Origin: a virus
Lineage: Duplodnaviria; Caudoviricetes
Reading direction: 5' to 3' (one strand)
DNA length: 37,710 nucleotides
IMG/VR virus record: IMGVR_UViG_3300011114_000204
Location: 1 to 37,710 of that record
Within the stretch, counting starts at the first letter, position 1. The number at the start of each line of letters is the position of its first letter. Under the pieces are notes generated by a model. It was not told the DNA's origin. It was given only the letters and a program-made list of their open reading frames with translations, and made no database searches. Shown here one piece after another: positions 26,412 to 34,261 of the stretch. The position numbers and the translations under genes are program-made.

Positions 26412-26917
26412 AGAACTGGGAGCAGCACTACAAAGAGGTGAAGAACCGGCTGAACAGTAAACCGCAGCCAATGAAGATCGCACCATCAATAGAAATTCCA
26501 CCGTCTCAAATGCTGGTTCTGCCTGAGCCGGAGGAAGAGAAATCAACAGTCGTAAAGTTAACCAGCCACGACTTGCTGATCTTGCAAGGTTGTCAGCGGG
26601 AGAGGGTCAGGCAGATCGTTTTGCCAATCTTGCGTAAACATCAGATGACATGGAGGCAGCTCGTTGGACAATCCAGAACACGACCACACATCCTACTCAG
26701 ACGCGAGGCTTGGTTCGCTCTTGTCTCAAATGGATACGGATTTGCGGAAACAGGTCGATTATGCGGCAGAGACCATACGACCATCTTACACGCCGTCAAA
26801 CAATGGAAGCTTGAGCATGGACCAGAATATAGACACTATCTTATCGACGAGGGAAACGACTCACGGGTCATATGTGGAGCAATCGACGGCATCGCAGACG
26901 CTGAAACGCCTATGTGA
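26294..26917 (+). CDS. Stand-alone DnaA domain IV (Bac_DnaA_C)-like HTH protein; true start uncertain (probably 26408-26471)
   Basis: LVGQSRTRPHILLRREAWF...FAETGRLCGRDHTTILHAV matches the DnaA signature R......RQ.AM....S...IG..FG.RDHTTV.HA. Confidence 0.78.
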   Translation: MDTAKQGEESMEGAQLERGLETHKNTARGTTIPGREFQVENWEQHYKEVKNRLNSKPQPMKIAPSIEIPPSQMLVLPEPEEEKSTVVKLTSHDLLILQGCQRERVRQIVLPILRKHQMTWRQLVGQSRTRPHILLRREAWFALVSNGYGFAETGRLCGRDHTTILHAVKQWKLEHGPEYRHYLIDEGNDSRVICGAIDGIADAETPM

Positions 26918-27113
26918 GCAGGGGAGAAACTGGGATCAGATGCCGTGTTATATGCGTGAGAGTATCCACCTGATCCAACAGAAGGTCGCTCGCATCATCT
27001 GCGGCGATCCATTCGAGCGCGATCATTGGGTGGACATTATGGGATACGCGGCGCTGGTGCTGCGGGAACTGGATAGGTTGCAAGAGGAGGGGAGAAATGT
27101 CGGATCAGCCTAA
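26817..27113 (+). CDS. DUF6378-like (nucleotide-pyrophosphatase-associated) protein
   Basis: IDTILSTRETTHGSY...KVARIICGDP...DHWVDIMGYAAL; ATG 26817. Confidence 0.75.
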   Translation: MDQNIDTILSTRETTHGSYVEQSTASQTLKRLCEQGRNWDQMPCYMRESIHLIQQKVARIICGDPFERDHWVDIMGYAALVLRELDRLQEEGRNVGSA

Positions 27114-27378
27114 TAACCAACTGACAAGCATTGTCGAACGCATCGAAAAGCAGGAAGACGAGATCAGCCTGCTGAAGCAGGATGTGAAGGACATTTACAC
27201 CGAAGCCAAGAGCAACGGTTATGACATAAAAATCATCCGCAAGATCATTACCATGCGGAAGATGGATGAAACCAAGCGCAAGGAAGAAAGCGCAGTCCTT
27301 GCAGCCTATATGCGCGAAATCGGGATGACGCCAATCGAGATGGTCATCCAGCACAGCTACAAGAAAGCGAGTGACTAA
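27097..27378 (+). CDS. gapR: GapR-family (DUF2312) nucleoid-associated protein
   Basis: QLTSIVERIEK...KDIYTEAKSNGYDIKIIRKIITMRK...AVLAAYMREIGM; RBS GAGGAGGGG. Confidence 0.88.
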   Translation: MSDQPNNQLTSIVERIEKQEDEISLLKQDVKDIYTEAKSNGYDIKIIRKIITMRKMDETKRKEESAVLAAYMREIGMTPIEMVIQHSYKKASD

Positions 27379-27590
27379 TGGAACGGAACCAAGAGACTTG
27401 CCTGACTTGCAGGTTCACCAAAGAGAAGACCGGAGGCTCCCTGACCTGCCTGCGCTATCCCAATCCAACGCGGGTTGCTCGGACTCAATGGTGCGGAGAA
27501 TGGCAGGCGGACAAGACCCCAACAGACAGGCGCAAGCGGTCAGCGATTGAAATCCCTGATCCTGTCTTGACTAAGGAGGCCGAGGAATGA
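27378..27590 (+). CDS. Small Cys-rich metal-binding protein
   Basis: CLTCRF...CLRYP...WCGEW motif. Confidence 0.7.
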   Translation: MERNQETCLTCRFTKEKTGGSLTCLRYPNPTRVARTQWCGEWQADKTPTDRRKRSAIEIPDPVLTKEAEE

Positions 27591-27799
27591 GCTACCGTGT
27601 TCGCAACACGCAGGATTTCTTCATGATCATCGAGAAGGAGCGCAAGCGGCAGGAGAAGTCCACCAGAGCCGTTTGCGATGAGGCTGATGTTTCATCCGCC
27701 ACCTATTCCGCCTCGATCAAGTCTGGATCTTGCACCCTGAAGACTGCTCTGGCCTATGCAAAGGTCATGGGCTTTGAAGTGAGGCTCGAATGGCCGTGA
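27587..27799 (+). CDS. Cro/XRE-like HTH regulator
   Basis: ERKRQEKSTRAVCDEADVSSATYS...TLKTALAYAKVMGFEV. Confidence 0.7.
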   Translation: MSYRVRNTQDFFMIIEKERKRQEKSTRAVCDEADVSSATYSASIKSGSCTLKTALAYAKVMGFEVRLEWP

Positions 27800-28260
27800 T
27801 CCTTGCAATCGACCCAGGCGCATCAGGAGCGCTGGCGTTCTTCAACCCAGAGACAGGAATGCTCGACGTTGAGGATATGCCAACGCTAGAGGTCAAGCGT
27901 GGAAACAAGATGAAGCGCGAGATCAGCCCACAGATGATGGCCGGGATCATTGCATCACGCAAACCAGACAGAGCCATCATCGAGTTGGTGGGGGCGATGC
28001 CTGGGCAGGGCATTACTTCCATGTTCGCCTTCGGGAAATCCTATGGTCTGTGCATTGGCATCTGCGCAGGCCAGCAGATCCCGGTTGAGCATGTGACGCC
28101 ACAGAAATGGAAGAAAGCAGTCGGCGCCCGCGAGGGCAAAGATGGGAACAGGATGCGGGCGGCAGAGTGCTTTCCCGCATACGCCCACCTGTTTCGACGG
28201 GTCAAAGATGACGGCAGGGCAGATGCCGCGCTCATCGCCTTTTGGGCAGCAACACAATAG
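27790..28260 (+). CDS. RuvC-like Holliday junction resolvase
   Basis: ILAIDPGASGALA, IIE, SMFAFGKSYG, VTPQKWKK, DGRADAALIA. Confidence 0.88.
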   Translation: MAVILAIDPGASGALAFFNPETGMLDVEDMPTLEVKRGNKMKREISPQMMAGIIASRKPDRAIIELVGAMPGQGITSMFAFGKSYGLCIGICAGQQIPVEHVTPQKWKKAVGAREGKDGNRMRAAECFPAYAHLFRRVKDDGRADAALIAFWAATQ

Positions 28261-28271
28261 GAGAGGACAAG

Positions 28272-29066
28272 ATGGAAGATGACTACTTCAAACTGGAAGC
28301 CTTATCGGCTTCTGGAGCCAAGCTGATTGCCCGCTCGCCAGCGCACTACAAGGCGGCGATGGAGATGCAGAGGACGCCAACGCCAGCGCAGGTCTTTGGG
28401 ACCGTGGTTCACGCCATGATCCTCGAGCCGCACAAGTCTCATGCCAGCCTGTTCAGCGTCAAGGAACTGAACTGGACGACGAAGGAAGGCAAGGCCGAGA
28501 AGGAGCGGCTGGAGAGCATTGGTCTGCCCATCATCCCGGCTGCTGATCTCGACAAGGCTCTCAGGATGCGAGATGCCGTGTGGTCACACAAATATGCGGC
28601 TGAATTGCTGACGGGATGCCGCACAGAGGTCGAAGCAACCTGGACAGGCTATGAGGCAAAGGTGAAATGCAAGGGCGGAATCGACGCCATCGGAGCCAGC
28701 GGGATTGTCGATGTGAAGACCACGATCGACGCCTCGCCAGAAGCCTTCGCCAGAGCCATCAAGCAATACGGCTACTATATGCAGGCAGCGCACTACATTG
28801 ACGGAGTAGCCGAGATCGAAGGCGGCATTGCGCCTTTCACGTTCATTGCTGTTGAAAAGCAGCCACCATATGCGGTCGCCTGTTACACGCTTTCCTATGA
28901 CAGCCTTGCGGCTGGCTGGTCAGCGATGAACAGGATCGCCAAGATATATTCCGACTGCATCTCTACGGGGATCTGGCCGGGGTATGAAGGGAAGTCCATC
29001 GAGCTATCAATCCCGATCAATCTGGATACGGCAGTGGTTGCCGATCTAGAGCTTGAGGACTTCTGA
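28272..29066 (+). CDS. PD-(D/E)xK exonuclease (RecE/ExoVIII C-terminal, DUF3799-like)
   Basis: LSASGAK...SPAHY, FGTVVHAMILEP, KGGID, IVDVKTT, YGYYMQAAHY, FIAVEKQPPY. Confidence 0.87.
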   Translation: MEDDYFKLEALSASGAKLIARSPAHYKAAMEMQRTPTPAQVFGTVVHAMILEPHKSHASLFSVKELNWTTKEGKAEKERLESIGLPIIPAADLDKALRMRDAVWSHKYAAELLTGCRTEVEATWTGYEAKVKCKGGIDAIGASGIVDVKTTIDASPEAFARAIKQYGYYMQAAHYIDGVAEIEGGIAPFTFIAVEKQPPYAVACYTLSYDSLAAGWSAMNRIAKIYSDCISTGIWPGYEGKSIELSIPINLDTAVVADLELEDF

Positions 29067-29092
29067 AACGTCGAACCGAAGGAAACGGTAAA

Positions 29093-29680
29093 ATGGAAAA
29101 CGCAAATACACGCATTGTTGTTAAGGATGCTCGCTTCGCCTACGTTCACCTGCTTGAGCCTCGCGCCGCAGCAGAAGGCGCAGAAGCCAAGTACAGCGTC
29201 ACCCTGATCATACCAAAGTCGAATGAGGCCGAGATTACTGCGATCAAGGCTGCAATGAAGGCAGCGGTCTCCAAGAAGTTCGGGGACAAGCCTCCGAAGG
29301 GTCTGCGCAATCCGCTCAGAGACGGCGATGAGAAGGACGCCGAGTCTGGCGAGTACATGAAGGGGGACGAGTTTCGGGGCAACTGGTATCTCTCAGCATC
29401 CAGCAAAAAGCCGGTTCGCGCTCTGGCAGGCAAGGCCAGGATGCCAGCCACGGACGAGCATCTGCAATCCGGCAACTATGGAGCCGCAGAACTCAACTTC
29501 TATGGCTACGATGCCGCTGGAAACCGAGGTGTGGCGGCTGGTCTGAATGGCGTCTGGATCACCCGCAAGGGCGAGCCTCTGGGCTCCGGCGCAACAGATT
29601 GGGGCGTGATCGAGGCCGAGGACTTCGGTTCGCCTGCATCGGCTGCGACCGCCAGCATCTCATCGGATGATGTTTTCTAA
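29093..29680 (+). CDS. ssb: Single-stranded DNA-binding protein, DUF2815 / Enc34-type
   Basis: RFAYVHLLEP, KYSVTLIIPK, PLRDGD, SGNYG, GNRGVAAGLN, GEPLG, acidic tail ending in Phe. Confidence 0.88.
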   Translation: MENANTRIVVKDARFAYVHLLEPRAAAEGAEAKYSVTLIIPKSNEAEITAIKAAMKAAVSKKFGDKPPKGLRNPLRDGDEKDAESGEYMKGDEFRGNWYLSASSKKPVRALAGKARMPATDEHLQSGNYGAAELNFYGYDAAGNRGVAAGLNGVWITRKGEPLGSGATDWGVIEAEDFGSPASAATASISSDDVF

Positions 29681-29694
29681 TCTTTGAACAGAAA

Positions 29695-29728
29695 GACGGC
29701 GCAGCGGGGGTCAGTCTGCTGCGCCGTC
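29695..29728. terminator. Strong GC-rich stem-loop after ssb
   Basis: GACGGCGCAGCGG / CTGCTGCGCCGTC 13-bp stem with one G-U pair; no U-tract on the + strand. Confidence 0.5.
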
Positions 29729-29763
29729 AATCGCCTCAAAGCCGGGGAGGAGGGGCCGAGGCA

Positions 29764-30039
29764 ATGGCTAAATTTAACACCCTGAAGGATACGCTGCAAA
29801 TCGCAGACGAGTATTTTGGCTATGCCGAGCTTTATGCACGGCTGGCGCGGGACTTTGTATCAGTTGGAGATTTGCCGGGGGCGAACTACGCTCAAAGATC
29901 CTTGGTCGCCTATGTCAGAGCGGCGCAGCGGGAACTGGCCGCAGCGATGGACATCAGCATCGAGGCGAAGGAACAGGCGGGAATAGATGCGGTCGCCGGT
30001 CAGGGCGATGAGGTCAGCGCAGACGATTGGTGGAAATGA
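29764..30039 (+). CDS. Hypothetical protein
   Basis: Purine-rich RBS; helical 91 aa; ATGA coupling to VapE. Confidence 0.7.
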   Translation: MAKFNTLKDTLQIADEYFGYAELYARLARDFVSVGDLPGANYAQRSLVAYVRAAQRELAAAMDISIEAKEQAGIDAVAGQGDEVSADDWWK

Positions 30040-31403
30040 TGGGGAATACATTCGATGACGACGATTTCTTTGCAGACCTGCAACACGATCTGGACGCCAA
30101 GGCCGAGGCCCTAGAAGCCAAGAAGCCCAAGAAGCAGGTGGCTGGCAACACGCCAGAAGAGCAACCGATCAAGCGGACCCTGTTTCTCGGCGATCCCTGG
30201 GAAGACAAGCTGGTTGTCGATCCCAAGGGATGGGCCATTGCGAACCACGCCAATCTCGCCCACACGATCCGCAACCACGGCGAATGGGCGGAGACGCTGG
30301 CCTATAATAGCTTCACAGGCCGCAAGATCCTGCTGAAGCCGATCCCAGGCACACCGGCAAACAAGCAATTCAAGCCTCGCGAGATCGAAGACCGGGACAT
30401 CCTGAGCGCGACAGCATGGTTCAATCGGAACTTGTTTCCGCGAGCGGCCAAGTCTCAGGTGGCGGACGCCATCGACGACGTTGTTTACGACGCCATCATC
30501 AACCCGGTGAAGCATTTCCTGGAGGACTGCGAGGAAGCATGGGACCAGCAGCCAAGGTTAGCCAAATGGCTAACGACCTATGCCGGTGTCGAGATCGAAG
30601 ATCCAGCCCACAGCCAGTATGTCGAGGAAGTCGGGATCAAATGGGCCGTCAGCGCGGTTGCGAGGGTCATGGAGCCGGGTTGCAAGGCTGATGGGGTTCT
30701 GATCCTCGAAGGCAGTCAAGGGGCTGGGAAGTCCACCGCAGCCAAGGTGCTGGCCGGTCCTGAGTTCTTCGGCGACAGCCTGCCTCCGATGCACAGTAAG
30801 GAGGCTAGCGGCTATGTCAGGGGGCGCTGGATCATCGAACTGGCCGAGCTTGCCAACGTCTCCAAGGCGGAGGTGGAAGTAGTCAAGGCGTTCATCTCGA
30901 GATCAGAGGAACGGTTCCGCCCGCCCTATGGCCGGAATGAAGTTACGTTCCCCCGGCAATGCGTCTTCATCGGCTCCACCAATCGAACGGACTATCTGCG
31001 AGACGACACCGGAAACCGCCGCTTCTGGCCGGTGAAGGTCGGCAAGATCGACACAGAGGGGCTCCAACGGGATCGCATCCAGATATGGGGAGAGGCGGTC
31101 CACAGATACCGCCAAGGGGAGCAGTGGTGGCTCACAAGGGCAGCGGAGACCATCGCAGCCCAAGAGACGAAGGCACGGCTCATAGACGATCCCTGGACAT
31201 CTGAGGTGCTATCCAAGGTGCTGGGCAAGCAGGAAACCTGCGTCAGCCAGATCCTCTCTGACATGCTGATCGAGGTGAGCAGGCGGGATAGGTTGATGAG
31301 CAACCGGGTTGTATCGATCCTGCTCCAGAACGGCTGGGCACGGGATGGGCAATTCAACACTGCGGTGAATAGAGGACAGGCACGGTTCGTGAAGAAGGGG
31401 TGA
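30036..31403 (+). CDS. VapE/VirE-family P-loop ATPase (helicase-like), without primase domain
   Basis: AVARVMEPGCKAD, Walker A LEGSQGAGKST, WIIELAEL, KAFISRSEERFRPPYGR, FIGSTN, YLRDDTGNRRFWPV, RIQIWGEA. Confidence 0.9.
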   Translation: MMGNTFDDDDFFADLQHDLDAKAEALEAKKPKKQVAGNTPEEQPIKRTLFLGDPWEDKLVVDPKGWAIANHANLAHTIRNHGEWAETLAYNSFTGRKILLKPIPGTPANKQFKPREIEDRDILSATAWFNRNLFPRAAKSQVADAIDDVVYDAIINPVKHFLEDCEEAWDQQPRLAKWLTTYAGVEIEDPAHSQYVEEVGIKWAVSAVARVMEPGCKADGVLILEGSQGAGKSTAAKVLAGPEFFGDSLPPMHSKEASGYVRGRWIIELAELANVSKAEVEVVKAFISRSEERFRPPYGRNEVTFPRQCVFIGSTNRTDYLRDDTGNRRFWPVKVGKIDTEGLQRDRIQIWGEAVHRYRQGEQWWLTRAAETIAAQETKARLIDDPWTSEVLSKVLGKQETCVSQILSDMLIEVSRRDRLMSNRVVSILLQNGWARDGQFNTAVNRGQARFVKKG

Positions 31404-31408
31404 GGAGG

Positions 31409-31957
31409 ATGAAGGTTTTGGTGGCTTGTGAATACAGCGCAACGGTCAGGGATGCCTTCAGAGCGCAAGGGCATGATGCCTGGTCTTGTGATCTGTTGCC
31501 GTGCGAGCGAGATCCGGCTTGGCATATCCAAGGCGACATCATGCAGGTGATAGACCCAAGTTGGGATCTGATGATCGCTCACCCGCCTTGCACCCATCTG
31601 GCGGTTTCAGGCGCCAGATGGTTCAAGGACAAGGTTGAAGATCAGAAGAAGGCGCTGGAGTTTGTGCGATACCTGCTGGAAGCTCCAATCAAGCGCATTG
31701 CCTTGGAAAACCCGGTCAGCATCATATCGAGCAAGATCAGGAAGCCAGATCAGGTGATCCAGCCTTGGCAGTATGGGCACGGGGAAACCAAGGCGACATG
31801 CCTGTGGCTCAAAGGGTTGCCACTGCTCAAGCCTACAAACATCGTGGAGGGTAGAGAAGCAAAGGTCCACAAAATGCCACCGGGACCAAACAGATGGAAA
31901 GAACGCAGCAGAACATACCAAGGGATTGCAGACGCAATGGCCGAACAGTGGGGGTGA
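31409..31957 (+). CDS. Short C5-cytosine DNA methyltransferase-like protein
   Basis: MKVLVACEYS, SCDL, catalytic AHPPC, ENPV, KATCLWL, RSRTYQGIADAMAEQW; RBS GAGGAGG. Confidence 0.8.
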   Translation: MKVLVACEYSATVRDAFRAQGHDAWSCDLLPCERDPAWHIQGDIMQVIDPSWDLMIAHPPCTHLAVSGARWFKDKVEDQKKALEFVRYLLEAPIKRIALENPVSIISSKIRKPDQVIQPWQYGHGETKATCLWLKGLPLLKPTNIVEGREAKVHKMPPGPNRWKERSRTYQGIADAMAEQWG

Positions 31958-31961
31958 TCCA

Positions 31962-32081
31962 ATGGAAGAAGATGAAATCGAAGTTCAAGTTGAAAACGAA
32001 GATGGCGACGATTGGGATGGCTGGGACGATGGTCAGCCAACTGAAGCACAGGAATGGAGTGACTATGATCCTGATTGCTGA
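31962..32081 (+). CDS. Acidic micro-protein (39 aa)
   Basis: MEEDEIEVQVENEDGDDWDGWDDGQPTEAQEWSDYDPDC; the DGQP.E.QEW.D.DPDC ending is a recurring phage motif; RBS GGGGTG. Confidence 0.65.
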   Translation: MEEDEIEVQVENEDGDDWDGWDDGQPTEAQEWSDYDPDC

Positions 32082-32083
32082 TC

Positions 32084-32318
32084 ATGCAGATAGGATGCAG
32101 ATAGGATGCAGACAGAACCACTCTGAAATAGGGTGGCTATCTGCATCCTGAACATGCAGATAGATGCAGATAGAATTCTACTTATCTTTTTAAAGTTATT
32201 AAGTTATTGATATATAGGCATAATATATTTAACAGCAGATAGCCTTATTCCTATATCAAGCACTTAGCATAGAGTGGCAAAGTTCGTAGAATTCTGTCTG
32301 CATTGTCTGCATCTGCAT
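32084..32318. repeat. Iteron array with AT-rich core; putative replication origin
   Basis: ATGCAGAYAG forward at 32084, 32095, 32106, 32154, 32164 (partial ~32235); inverted at 32137, 32294, 32304 and 32313 (partial); IHF-consensus sites at 32200-12 and 32254-66. Confidence 0.8.
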
Positions 32319-32346
32319 CAGGCGGGAACAAAAACAGGGTCAACCA

Positions 32347-32919
32347 ATGCAAAGGACGAACATCTCGATGGCCGACAGAACCACAAACAGAGCAGTCACA
32401 GCGCGGGACGCGGGCCTATGGGCGGCAATCCAAGTCGCGGATCAAGCCGCTATCAAGTTTGAAGGAGAATGGGGCATCGGACGCCTGGAGCGCATCGTCC
32501 CGCCAGAACTGGCTGCAAAGTTCGCAATTGCCCGGCACCAGTTAGACGAGGCCATCATGGCCGTGGACATTGATCTAGCTGGACAGAAGGCGATGGCGAT
32601 GGCGCGAGGTTGGGAGGCGCTAGACAGGGCGGCAAGGGCAGCAGGGCATAGACCAGAGGACAACGCCTATGTGTGGTTCCACGGCTCTCCAGACGGCAGG
32701 AAACGCTATGCATTCGCCAAGTCCGTCCACGACATTCCAGAGATCGCCAAACGCCACCCAGATCACATCGTCATCAGCTTCGATGAGATCGTTGGCCTCT
32801 TCGAAAGACCAGATGCAATGGCGACAATTGCCGAGATCAAGAGGCAGTTTCCAGGCGCATATGTTCAGAACAAGAACCCAACGAACACCCTGCTGAATGA
32901 TGCGATCCCTTTTGAGTAA
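32347..32919 (+). CDS. Conserved hypothetical protein of alphaproteobacterial phages
   Basis: EWGIGRLERIVPPELAAKF...RGWEALDRAARAAG...IKRQFPGA; ends LNDAIPFE. Confidence 0.78.
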   Translation: MQRTNISMADRTTNRAVTARDAGLWAAIQVADQAAIKFEGEWGIGRLERIVPPELAAKFAIARHQLDEAIMAVDIDLAGQKAMAMARGWEALDRAARAAGHRPEDNAYVWFHGSPDGRKRYAFAKSVHDIPEIAKRHPDHIVISFDEIVGLFERPDAMATIAEIKRQFPGAYVQNKNPTNTLLNDAIPFE

Positions 32920-32950
32920 CCCCGATTAACCAGAAACAGGTTAATCGGGG
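32920..32950. promoter_or_regulatory. Perfect 12-bp inverted repeat (operator or terminator) upstream of the late promoter
   Basis: CCCCGATTAACC-agaaaca-GGTTAATCGGGG; no U-tract on either strand. Confidence 0.65.
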
Positions 32951-32969
32951 ATGAAAATGCAAATCCAAT

Positions 32970-32998
32970 TTGACGAAATACGGTTTTATCGCCATAAC
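32970..32998 (+). promoter_or_regulatory. Putative late promoter upstream of terS
   Basis: TTGACG (32970-75), N17, CATAAC; GCCATAAC fits the Caulobacter-type -10 GCtANAWC. Confidence 0.6.
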
Positions 32999-33027
32999 TC
33001 GGGAACAGAACAGGAAATGAGGGTTGC

Positions 33028-33639
33028 ATGGCTAAGGTCATGACTGAGGAGCAGATCGCCGCAAGGCGTGAACGCATAGCCAAACGGGCTGGAAGGCCGC
33101 CAAAGAAGATCAGGGTGGCTGAAGAAGTTCACGTAAGGCAAGGAAATATAAAGGGAAGACCCAGTTCCAAGTCTCCAGCACTCATCGATGATATCCTGGC
33201 TGGAGTGGCATCAGGCAGATCATTGGCAAGAGTCTGCGCAGATGATCCAAGGATGCCTGATGTGCGAAACGTGTATAGGTGGATGGAGCAAGACGAGGGT
33301 TTCCGTCTTGCGTATCTCCGCGCCTGTTCGAACCGGTCTCTGGTCTACGCTGACACCATCGGCGACATTGCGCAGGCGACGCTCAGCGGCAAGATCGATC
33401 CTAACGCTGCACGGGTAGCAATCAATGCATATCAATGGGTTGCGGCAAGACTCTCAGCCAATGTGTACGGTGAGAAGCAGGAGGTCCAGGTTACCCATCA
33501 GCACCTGCATCTCCATGCACTGCGACAGCTATCTGAAGCAGCCAAGGTGGGGCAGGCAGCCATCCAGCAGCGGGAGCTGGAGCTACAGGTGCTGCCGGTA
33601 GTACAAGAAGACGAGATAACCGATGAAGCCGGAGGCTGA
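33028..33639 (+). CDS. terS: Terminase small subunit (Sf6/P22-like)
   Basis: GRPS...IDDILAGVASGRSLARVCADDPRMPDVRNVYRW...FRLAY...ARVAINAYQWVAARL...YGEK. Confidence 0.88.
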   Translation: MAKVMTEEQIAARRERIAKRAGRPPKKIRVAEEVHVRQGNIKGRPSSKSPALIDDILAGVASGRSLARVCADDPRMPDVRNVYRWMEQDEGFRLAYLRACSNRSLVYADTIGDIAQATLSGKIDPNAARVAINAYQWVAARLSANVYGEKQEVQVTHQHLHLHALRQLSEAAKVGQAAIQQRELELQVLPVVQEDEITDEAGG

Positions 33640-34000
33640 TTTGTGGGCTGATTTGTGGGCTGCAGTGTATGAGGTTATAAATAGCCCAATGATTTCAGTG
33701 TCTTAGGTGTTCATTTAGGCGGATGTTATATCCGTATAACCGTGTGGAGGGGTGGATGGTGAACGGGTTGCCGGGTGGCCGTGGGAACGAGGTGGCTCTG
33801 GACCCCCCCGGTGGCCGGGATGGCGGGGGGGCGGCTGCTGCGGCAGCCACCTCTGCTCCTACGGCATCCTCGGCATACGCTTTATCCTCTGCTCCTACGG
33901 CAACCTCCTCATACTCTGAAACCCCTGAAACCGAACAAAACCCCCCTGTAACAGGTTAACAGGCAAGCCTGGGTAGACCCCCCTCCCCCCATACCGGGGT
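33634..34000. other. Repeat-rich non-coding terS-terL gap; candidate packaging (pac/terminus) region
   Basis: Tandem GGCTGATTTGTG x2 (33634-57), direct repeat CCTCTGCTCCTACGGCA (33850, 33886), C7/G7 tracts, GGCTGC-N4-GCAGCC palindrome and a near-IHF site at 33693-705. Confidence 0.5.
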
Positions 34001-34039
34001 TGCATTGGTCCGCCCGATCTTCCAAAAAAAGAAATCGAG

Positions 34040-34261
34040 ATGCCAGTTGAACCGATCAGCTTCAAGTGCGACGTCTGCAACCAGACGAGCGGCGGTTATC
34101 TTCATTTCCAGTATGACGCCAAGAAGCATTGGCGCAGTGGATGGGTTATTGAGGAGGAGTGGGAATATACGGGCGGTGTTGCCGATTGCTCACATTGCGG
34201 CGAGTTGAATGAAGTATGGCCGAAGGTCAGCGTTGATAGGAAATGGGTGAAGAGGAAATGA
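34040..34261 (+). CDS. Zn-ribbon protein
   Basis: CDVC...CSHC; ATGA coupling to terL. Confidence 0.6.
   Translation: MPVEPISFKCDVCNQTSGGYLHFQYDAKKHWRSGWVIEEEWEYTGGVADCSHCGELNEVWPKVSVDRKWVKRK

Noticed and set aside
32190-32202. Canonical CtrA box in the origin core
   Set aside because: TTAA spacing is N5, not N7.
33723-33959. 78-aa ORF between terS and terL
   Set aside because: Low-complexity translation of homopolymer tracts and repeats; more likely non-coding signal DNA.
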